From positions 4,128,001 to 4,192,000 of the forward strand of contig OZ251518.1 in assembly GCA_965242965.1 (NCBI GenBank): a DNA stretch of 64,000 bases, in the 5' to 3' direction. This document shows, piece after piece, positions 56,578 through 64,000 of this stretch. Position 1 is the first letter of the stretch; each line of letters starts with the position of its first letter. Source of the stretch: Candidatus Poribacteria bacterium (GTDB taxonomy: Bacteria; Poribacteria; WGA-4E; WGA-3G). A model generated the notes under the pieces. It did not search any database and had not been told where the DNA came from. It worked only from the letters and a program-made list of their open reading frames with translations. Made by a program: the position numbers and the translations under genes.

Positions 56578-56751
56578 GATTTTTTGTGCGAATAAAATTT
56601 GACATGATTCGGCAGCCATTCCCGAAAACTAAATTGTCCCGCGTTCTGCAATTTTTTTTCTTGCAACCAATTGCAAATTGTGATAATCTATATGAATACT
56701 TGCCTAACGGCAGAAAAATCATTACACAATCTCACGTTTTAAAGGAATATC

Positions 56752-58803
56752 ATGAAAAAATCTCATTCCCGACTCCTCTGGACAGGGTGCATCTTACTCA
56801 TCAGCGCAAGTTTGGCGCACAGCCAGCAGTATGTCATCGTTGACAGCGCAGACGGCGACAGACTCACAGGCATCTGGCGCGGTGCAAACGATACCGAATT
56901 TGAGGTTGACTATCACGGCCAGGTTTTGCGCCTCCCGCTTAAAGGACGCACCATCCGTTTTACGTCAAACTTGGAGCATGTAGCGGATAGAACCGCTGTT
57001 AAACACTTCCGCAATGGGCTCGATTTGCTGGAATTAAACTCGCCGGCACTCGCGAAACGGCGATTTGAAGCCGCGCTGGAAGAATTTCCGAAATACGCAG
57101 ACGCGCACTACCAACTCGGTTTACTGCATCAAGAAGCCGGGGAAACCGCAGCGGCGTTGGCACGCTTCCGTTCTGTCACGATGATAGATGCCGCCAGTTT
57201 TGAGCTCGTGCCGCTGTTGCGGCACATCGGCGACACTGCGCTCGCCGCCGAAAATTACACGACGGCCGTTGATGCTTATCAACTCATCTTGAACCATTAT
57301 CCCGAACACGAATCGGTAAGAACGCTCGGCTACCTCACCGGGTTCTTGCACGTGGAGCAATTGCGAGACACGGCGGCGGGACTCGTGCTGCTGGAATGGG
57401 CAATTAAGGAGTTCCCCGACGCGCCTCTCCATGAAAAAGCGGTATTCCAGATAGGCACACTGCAGGCAGAGACTGGGGAGCTAGACAACGCGCACCACAC
57501 CTTATCAGGTTTCTTGCAACGTTACCCAGAAAGTGAATGGAACAACGAGGCGCGCCTCGCCTTGGCTATCGTGAATCTCCGACTGGGGCGAAAACAAGAT
57601 GCGGCGACAGAGGCGAACCTCGTCCGGACGCTAAGCACCGAGCCCGCGCTCATCGAACGCGCAGAAGAAATCCTCGCTGAAAGCGCGTGGAACGTTTACA
57701 CCGAAGCGGAAGGACTACCGCACAACACTATCCAAGCCATCGCCATGAACGGAACGTATCTCTGGATAGGCACGCCGAAGGGCATCATGCTGGTTGAAAC
57801 CTATCTCAATGGCTGGATGCCGATTCCCTCGGTAGCAAACCTGATAAATACCCACTTTGAAACGGTGCCGGATGTCCGAACCATTGCTGTCCATGCAAAC
57901 GAAGTCTGGATTGGCACCCGAAATCAGGGCGCGCTCTACTACAATCAAGAGACGAACGAAACCAACCGGTACGCGCCACCCGATGCACTGCCGAGTGCCT
58001 GGGTGCGCGATATTCAGATAGATGACACCGAAATCTGGTTCGCGACGGACGCAGGCGTAGTGCGTCAACCTCGCGCTACCGGCGAACATCTGGTTTACAA
58101 CACACAGAACAGCTTTATCCCCACGGACGATGTCCACACACTGGCGTTAACCGATACAACCCTCTGGGTGGCTTCACAAGATGGCACAATAGCAACCTTT
58201 GACAGGCAGTTGCAGGAGTGGCAATCTTATCACTCCACTGAAACCGAAGAAGGCACCGCCATCGCCAAATTTGATGTCGCGGCGGAACAACTCCTCTTCA
58301 CGTGGTTCAACGCCAACTATCAGGCAAACGGCTATTTTCAGGCGGAATGGAATGGCGACAACGGGATATCTACGACACTCCTAACCGGTATTGAAGAACC
58401 TGCTGATTTAACGGCGATTTACATTGCCGGCGTTATTGATACATCGCCAATAGCGGTAAGCCCTAGTCCCGAAACACCGAACGGTGCAGTAGAAGAGAAC
58501 ACGGGTATCGAAACCTCGCCAGCGGAGACACCGCCCTCCGAAGGAGAGGAAGGTTTCCTTGAAAGCACCGAAGCCCCGGGCACCCCGCTTGTCCTTTGGA
58601 TAGCTACGAACGACGATGTCTTCGTCTACTATACCCGTTCAGGAGCCGACAGCGGCTGGAAGACAATCCGCACGCCTCGGACGCTCATAGGGGAGTCTAG
58701 GGCGCGGTGCATCGCCGTGGCGAATGATAAAGCATGGCTCGGCACATCCAACGGGTTAGCGACAATCAGCGCGCAGACGTTGAATAAGAGAGAGTTCCAG
58801 TAG
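56752..58803 (+). CDS. Secreted TPR + beta-propeller (two-component regulator propeller-like) protein
   Basis: Signal peptide; TPRs (YADAHYQLG, YPESEW..EARL); GLPHNTIQAI..LWIGT repeats. Confidence 0.85.
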   Translation: MKKSHSRLLWTGCILLISASLAHSQQYVIVDSADGDRLTGIWRGANDTEFEVDYHGQVLRLPLKGRTIRFTSNLEHVADRTAVKHFRNGLDLLELNSPALAKRRFEAALEEFPKYADAHYQLGLLHQEAGETAAALARFRSVTMIDAASFELVPLLRHIGDTALAAENYTTAVDAYQLILNHYPEHESVRTLGYLTGFLHVEQLRDTAAGLVLLEWAIKEFPDAPLHEKAVFQIGTLQAETGELDNAHHTLSGFLQRYPESEWNNEARLALAIVNLRLGRKQDAATEANLVRTLSTEPALIERAEEILAESAWNVYTEAEGLPHNTIQAIAMNGTYLWIGTPKGIMLVETYLNGWMPIPSVANLINTHFETVPDVRTIAVHANEVWIGTRNQGALYYNQETNETNRYAPPDALPSAWVRDIQIDDTEIWFATDAGVVRQPRATGEHLVYNTQNSFIPTDDVHTLALTDTTLWVASQDGTIATFDRQLQEWQSYHSTETEEGTAIAKFDVAAEQLLFTWFNANYQANGYFQAEWNGDNGISTTLLTGIEEPADLTAIYIAGVIDTSPIAVSPSPETPNGAVEENTGIETSPAETPPSEGEEGFLESTEAPGTPLVLWIATNDDVFVYYTRSGADSGWKTIRTPRTLIGESRARCIAVANDKAWLGTSNGLATISAQTLNKREFQ

Positions 58804-58867
58804 GAAAACCCTCGGGCCCGATACAAAAATTGAAACAGGGGACCCGCCTACGAACCAGAGAGGACAG

Positions 58868-59695
58868 ATGATGCCGCAACAACCAACCTGCATCAAACTG
58901 ATGACACGCTGGCATCGCGCGCAACCGCAGCACGTTGAAGACGAACTCGTCGTTGAAGAACCGCTGGAAGTGCGCGTGAACCAAACGAGTCTCATCGTCG
59001 TTATGCGCACTCCCGGGCACGACTTTGAACTCGCGGCGGGGTTTCTCTATACGGAGGGACTCATTACGTCCAGTGATGACATTGATATCATCGCTTATTG
59101 TGAAGATAGCGAAGATAACATCGTCAACGTTGGCCTCGCGTCAGGGTTGCATCTGGATGCTGAGGCTGGCTGGCAGCGCAATTTTCACGCGAATGCAAGT
59201 TGCGGGCTCTGCGGGAAAATGACAATTGAATCTGTCAAACTTCAGGTGCCGGAAATATCAGTAGGGACAGATTTCCGGCTCTGTCCACAAACACTTTACC
59301 AACTCAACGCACGGTTGCGTGCATCGCAATCGGTTTTTGAAAAGACAGGTGGGCTTCACGCCGCCGGGCTATTCAATGAAAACGGCGAACTCTTAATTAT
59401 CAGAGAGGACATCGGCAGGCATAACGCCGTGGACAAGGTGATTGGACACGCGTTGTTGGCGGACATGCTCCCGTTAGCGCGGCACATTTTGATGGTAAGT
59501 GGACGCGCGAGTTTTGAGATTGTGCAGAAGGCACTCTTCGCGCGCATCCCGATAATCGTCGCCGTATCCGCCGCCTCCACTCTCGCCGTGGAACTCGCAC
59601 AGGAAGGCAACCTGACGTTAATCGGTTTCATGCGCGGGGAGAGCATGGCGGTTTATAGTTGTCCGGAACGTATCAATAAAAAACTATCCTTTTGA
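58868..59695 (+). CDS. fdhD: Formate dehydrogenase accessory sulfurtransferase
   Basis: VEEPLE, MRTPG, SCGLCG, TGGLHAA, EDIGRHNAVDK, SGRASFE. Confidence 0.96.
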   Translation: MMPQQPTCIKLMTRWHRAQPQHVEDELVVEEPLEVRVNQTSLIVVMRTPGHDFELAAGFLYTEGLITSSDDIDIIAYCEDSEDNIVNVGLASGLHLDAEAGWQRNFHANASCGLCGKMTIESVKLQVPEISVGTDFRLCPQTLYQLNARLRASQSVFEKTGGLHAAGLFNENGELLIIREDIGRHNAVDKVIGHALLADMLPLARHILMVSGRASFEIVQKALFARIPIIVAVSAASTLAVELAQEGNLTLIGFMRGESMAVYSCPERINKKLSF

Positions 59696-59747
59696 CGCGA
59701 CGTGTATCTATAAAGGTAAACAATCCTTACAAAGGAGCGACTTTCTC

Positions 59748-60038
59748 ATGAATTTCATTTTGAGCGGCATCCAGTGGACAGGCAATTTCCTATTTTTGGC
59801 AGTTGTCCTCGGCACCTTCATCGTTTCGTGGGTATACGCACATCGGTTGCGTGAACGCCACGGCGCGGATTTCCCGTGGAACAAAGCCGCCGGTATCATC
59901 GGCGTTGAAGTTCTACTGTGGATTGCGTTTAACGTGTTCTTGGAATTTTTCAAGGCATATTGGCTGCCGATTGCCATCATCGCGGTTGTTGTTATCGCTG
60001 TCATTCTCTCACGAAAGAAGAAGCGGCGTTATGTCTAA
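59748..60038 (+). CDS. Small membrane protein (3 TM)
   Basis: AAGGAG RBS; three hydrophobic segments and a basic tail. Confidence 0.75.
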   Translation: MNFILSGIQWTGNFLFLAVVLGTFIVSWVYAHRLRERHGADFPWNKAAGIIGVEVLLWIAFNVFLEFFKAYWLPIAIIAVVVIAVILSRKKKRRYV

Positions 60039-60056
60039 CACCGAATCGCTTTTGGC

Positions 60057-60475
60057 CCGTAGGGCGGGGGCCTGTCCCCCGCCATTCCTCGGGCTACCCA
60101 TTATGAACGATCGCGAGGGACAGGCCCTCGCGCTACGGAACACAGAAAAACACTTTGGAACCCGTAGGGCAGGGGCCTGTCCCCTGCCATCCCTCGGGCT
60201 GCCCGAGCCTGAACGATCGCGAGGACAGGCCCTCGCGCTACGGAACACAGAAAAGCACTTCGGAACCCGTAGGGCAGGGGCCTGTCCCCTGCCATCCCTC
60301 GGGCTGCCGTAGCCTGAACGATCGCGAGGACAGGCCCTCGCGCTACGGAACTGAGCGGCAGCAATCGAGACCGGGAGGTCTCTCCTACATGAACGTTCGC
60401 GAGGGACAGGCCCTCGCGCTACGGAACAGAGAAAAGCCTGAACGTTCGCGAGGGACAGGCCCTCGCGCTACGGAA
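60057..60475. repeat. REP mosaic with tandem ~105-bp doublets
   Basis: Direct inspection. Confidence 0.9.
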
Positions 60476-60537
60476 CGGAGAAGAGCCCGAACTACTGAAA
60501 CGAAACGAATCAAATCAACCTAATAAGGAGACAAAAA

Positions 60538-61590
60538 ATGCCACGTACAGGCAGAGCCGTAGTCGCATACGGCCAAGATTTTGAAATTCGCGAATATCCC
60601 GTGCCAGACCCGGCACCGAACACAGTCCTACTCCGGCAAGAACTCGCCGGTATCTGCGGCACCGACTTGCATAACTGGCAGAACGGTTTCCAACGCGAAA
60701 TCCTTCTGGGACATGAAAACGTCGGCATCGTTGAGGCAATCGGTGATGGCGTGGAGAACGACTATGTCGGCAAGCCGATTAAAGAGGGAGACAGGATTAT
60801 CTTCGCGCCCGGCACCAACTATGGCGGTTACGGGTTTCAGTGGAATCCGGACGAGGCACCCCATTTCCGTGGCGGCTTCGCCGATTACATGTATCTCACC
60901 TACCCGAACACCTGTTTTATGAAGACAGATGCGTCGCCTGAGGTAGCCGTGCTCACCGAACCTTTTACTGTCGGCGTGCATGCCGTCATGCGCGGCGAAA
61001 TCAAACTCGGCGATACCGTTGTCGTGCAAGGCTCCGGTGCCATCGGGTTGGTAACACTCGCCTGCGCGAAATTGAGCGGTGCGGCAAAGGTGATAATGGT
61101 AGGCGGTCCGGCCGGACGCTTGGAACTTGCCAAACGTCTCGGCGCGGATGTCACCATTGATATTGAGGAAGTCACTACTGTCGAAGAGCGCACCGAGTTA
61201 GTTAAGGCGGAAACCCCGCGTAAGGCAGGTGCCGATGTCGTTTTTGAGTGTGCCGGCTTCCTTCCCGCTACGCCGGAAGGACTCGGTTATACGCGTGCCA
61301 GCGGCACCTTCGTTGAAGTCGGACACTTCGTCGATATGGGTTCGATCGACTTCAACATCAACCAATTGCTGATGCGCAAGAACTTGCGCGTTGAAGCCAT
61401 CTGGGGTAGCCGTTATGAGCATTTCGTGCGCGGGTTGCCGCTGCTTGAAAATAGCGAGCTCCCCTTCGCCGACATGATCAGCCATCAACTGCCGTTATCA
61501 CAGGTGGAAGACGGTTTCAAGGCACTTGATGGCGGCTACCGCATCAACGGTGAAACGGCAATCAAAATTGCTGTCCGCGCCGAGGAATAA
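60538..61590 (+). CDS. Zn-dependent alcohol dehydrogenase (MDR) family
   Basis: GICGTD, GHE, GSGAIG, ADVVFECAG. Confidence 0.93.
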   Translation: MPRTGRAVVAYGQDFEIREYPVPDPAPNTVLLRQELAGICGTDLHNWQNGFQREILLGHENVGIVEAIGDGVENDYVGKPIKEGDRIIFAPGTNYGGYGFQWNPDEAPHFRGGFADYMYLTYPNTCFMKTDASPEVAVLTEPFTVGVHAVMRGEIKLGDTVVVQGSGAIGLVTLACAKLSGAAKVIMVGGPAGRLELAKRLGADVTIDIEEVTTVEERTELVKAETPRKAGADVVFECAGFLPATPEGLGYTRASGTFVEVGHFVDMGSIDFNINQLLMRKNLRVEAIWGSRYEHFVRGLPLLENSELPFADMISHQLPLSQVEDGFKALDGGYRINGETAIKIAVRAEE

Positions 61591-61599
61591 ACCATCAAA

Positions 61600-61780
61600 T
61601 CCCGTAGGGCGATGGCCTGTCCCTCGCAATAGATTGAGGGTGTTTCATAAATTTATCCCCCTTGGGGGGAGGGCGAATACCGATAGAAAAGCCAGGGGGT
61701 GCCGGACATCGGCCCAACCCCTGTAGTTCGGGATCGCCCGATCCCGAACAGGTCAGGATCAGGCGATCCTGACCTACAGG
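61600..61780. repeat. Short REP mosaic with left TIR (61636)
   Basis: GAGGGTGTTTCATAA and GTAGTTCGGGATCGCCCGATCCCGAAC. Confidence 0.8.
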
Positions 61781-61862
61781 GGTGATGAGGATTGCCCAGC
61801 AAAACGCCCGGCGAAGGATATGCCCCTACCCTACAAACTAGAATTTTTAAGGAGTCAAACCT

Positions 61863-62882
61863 ATGTCAAAAACTTATCGCGTCGGCTTCGCCTCCCTCGT
61901 GCATGACCACGTCTGGGGCGAACTCCGTCACTGGAAGGCGCATCCGAACGTTGAAATTGTCGCCGCCGGCGATATTAATGCCGAACTCCGCGCCCAGTTT
62001 CAAGCCGAGGCAGGCGTTGACAACGTCTACGCCTCTTGGCAGGAAATGTTGGAGAAAGAAACGTTAGACATCGTCCAAGCGGCAGCCGAGAACAACGCCG
62101 GTCCAGACATCGTTGAAGCAGCGGCGGCGAAAGGCATCCACGTCGTCTCAGAGAAACCGATGGCGGCGCGCTTGTCGCAGGCGGATCGGATGCTTGCCGC
62201 CGCCGAAAACGCCGGCACCTTACTCATGGTGAATTGGCCGACAGCGTGGAGCCCCGCGCTGAACACCGCAATGAACCTCATCAAAGAGGGGAAACTCGGC
62301 GATGTTTTCTACTTCAAGTGGCGTTCCGCACACAACGGTCCCAAGGAAATCGGCTGCTCCCGCTACTTCTACGAATGGCTCTACGATGAGGAGAAGAACG
62401 GCGCGGGCGCATTAATGGACTACTGCTGTTATTGCGCCGATATGTGCGCCTATCTCCTCGGACTGCCGCAACAGGTGACGGCTTTCCGCGGCACGTTCGT
62501 CAAGGACTATCCGATCCCCGATGACAACGCCGTTATCCTCATGAAATACGGCAACGCCTTCGGGATTACGGAGGCATCTTGGACACAGAAGGTGGGCTAT
62601 GTCACGCCGAACCCGGTGGTTTACGGCACTGAGGGCGCGCTGATAGTCAGCGGTAATGAGGTGCATCTGCATCCCGCCGGTGGCGACGCGCAAGTGATTA
62701 CCCCGGAACCACTTCCCGAAGGTTCACGCAACGCAGCGGAGTATTTCATTCGCTGTCTTGGAACCGGCGCGCCGATCGAGGGACTCTGCAACGCAAAAGT
62801 CAGCCGCGACGCGCAGGAAATCTTAGAGGCGGGGCTCGTTTCCGCAGATAGCGGACAGGTAGTCAACTTGCCGATGACGTAA
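61863..62882 (+). CDS. Gfo/Idh/MocA family oxidoreductase
   Basis: GIHVVSEKPMA, GAGALMDYCCY, DDNAV, YGTEG. Confidence 0.93.
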   Translation: MSKTYRVGFASLVHDHVWGELRHWKAHPNVEIVAAGDINAELRAQFQAEAGVDNVYASWQEMLEKETLDIVQAAAENNAGPDIVEAAAAKGIHVVSEKPMAARLSQADRMLAAAENAGTLLMVNWPTAWSPALNTAMNLIKEGKLGDVFYFKWRSAHNGPKEIGCSRYFYEWLYDEEKNGAGALMDYCCYCADMCAYLLGLPQQVTAFRGTFVKDYPIPDDNAVILMKYGNAFGITEASWTQKVGYVTPNPVVYGTEGALIVSGNEVHLHPAGGDAQVITPEPLPEGSRNAAEYFIRCLGTGAPIEGLCNAKVSRDAQEILEAGLVSADSGQVVNLPMT

Positions 62883-62897
62883 CGGGTATTTCCCTCT

Positions 62898-63245
62898 GGG
62901 TAGGAGAGACCTCCTGGTCTCGATGCAATACCGGTAGGCGAGCCCTCCTGGTCTCGATACGATGGCGAGGGACAGGCCCTCGCCCTACGGTGAGGGACAG
63001 GCGTTTTTTTCACCGTAGCGCGGGGGCCTGTCCCCCGTGATCGTTGGAGTGCGCGAGGCATGGCGAGGGAAACCCTCTCGCATGCGCGTGTGGCATGCGA
63101 GGGCCCAAGCCCTACGGTGAGGGGGAGGCGGCCTCGACACCCGTAGCGCGGGGGCCTGTCCCCCGCGATCGTTGGAGTGCGCAAGACATGGCGAGGGAAA
63201 CCCTCTCGCATGCGCGTGTGGCATGCGAGGGCCCAAGCCCTACGG
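62898..63245. repeat. REP mosaic
   Basis: Direct inspection. Confidence 0.9.
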
Positions 63246-63345
63246 TAATTCCGGATATATCGTATATTGACTTTCAAATCCATTCATGCTAAATTGCAAA
63301 TATCTTTCTTTCAATTTAGCATTATTCAATAACAAGGAGAACCTT

Positions 63346-64000
63346 ATGAGCGATAGAATTCCCATCGCCTTACAGTTGTATTCGATCCGAGAAGATTGCG
63401 CCCGCGACCTGTCGCACTGCCTGCAGGCAGTCGCACAGATGGGATATGAGGGTGTCGAATTCGCTGGTTACTACGACAGAACAGCGGAAGAATTGCGTGG
63501 CATGTGCGATGACTTGGGCTTAAAAGTCGTCGGAACGCACACGCAACTCAGCACGCTCCTCGGCGATGAACTGCCCAAGACGGTGACGTTCAACCAGACC
63601 CTCGGTAACCCGTATCTCATCGTGCCGGGGTTGCCTGAACCGTATCGTAACTCGCGGCAGGCGTGGCTGGACACGGCGAAACTCTTCAACGAAATCGCCG
63701 AAAACATCGCCGACCAGGGTATGTTCACCGGCTACCATAACCACGCCGTTGAATTTGCGCCGATGGACGGCGAATTGCCGTGGGACACCTTTTTCGGTAA
63801 TACCCGCGACGATGTCGTCATGCAGATTGACACCGGCAACGCGCTCCACGGTGGTGCAGCGAGCGTGCCGTTTCTTGAACGCTACCCCGGCCGCGCCAAA
63901 CTGGTGCATCTCAAAGAGTATTCGTCCACGAACGACAAGGCACTCATCGGCGAAGGCGACGTGCCGTGGGACGATGTCTTCCACACCTGCGAAACCATCG
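63346..64000 (+). CDS. Sugar phosphate isomerase/epimerase (xylose isomerase-like TIM barrel); 3' end truncated by window
   Basis: AAGGAG RBS; MSDRIPIALQLYSIR..GYEGVEFAG..GYHNH..QIDTG..VHLKE. Absent from the ORF track because it has no stop in the window. Confidence 0.9.
   Translation, partial: MSDRIPIALQLYSIREDCARDLSHCLQAVAQMGYEGVEFAGYYDRTAEELRGMCDDLGLKVVGTHTQLSTLLGDELPKTVTFNQTLGNPYLIVPGLPEPYRNSRQAWLDTAKLFNEIAENIADQGMFTGYHNHAVEFAPMDGELPWDTFFGNTRDDVVMQIDTGNALHGGAASVPFLERYPGRAKLVHLKEYSSTNDKALIGEGDVPWDDVFHTCETI

Noticed and set aside
1781-63292. Dozens of short tracked ORFs containing RGTGPRAT, ARDRPSPY, VGRGPVPR, RRARACPSP or ETRRSLL
   Set aside because: They are translations of the palindromic repeats in different frames, not a protein family. 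They also falsely extend the N-termini of the 10252, 42359, 46319, 50375, 51924 and 53818 ORFs.

Overview
A bacterial chromosomal window of about 55-60% GC with about 50 real protein-coding genes and no rRNA, tRNA, CRISPR array or transposase. The gene content suggests Candidatus Poribacteria or a relative (inference only): LamG and lamin-tail secreted proteins ending in a KL-x3-W-x2-[ILM][KR] tail, PhyH dioxygenases, a sulfatase, WD40/TPR/FN3/dockerin-like proteins. Recognisable housekeeping genes are uvrB, glgC, hisB, glgP, queC, fdhD, a frameshifted glycerate kinase and an M16 peptidase pair. About 11 kb by my rough coordinate tally is intergenic mosaic DNA. It is built from several GTAG-hairpin (REP-like) families, a ~175-bp AGGTCC/CTATAG multi-hairpin element and GAGGGTGTTTCATA terminal inverted repeats. 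These repeats explain many of the short spurious ORFs in the supplied track. The best candidate for an undescribed system is the minus-strand locus at ~27.7-32.9 kb. There, three tandem near-consensus sigma70 promoters precede a ~480-nt non-coding multi-hairpin sequence. Behind it lie a dockerin-like secreted protein, a GspC-like protein, a His-motif membrane-anchored helical protein, a second structured leader, and a secreted M15-type Zn peptidase capped at both ends by a repeated Cys/His module. A DUF3696-type ABC ATPase + PIN nuclease pair at 16.0-18.0 kb is a second candidate, possibly for defence.
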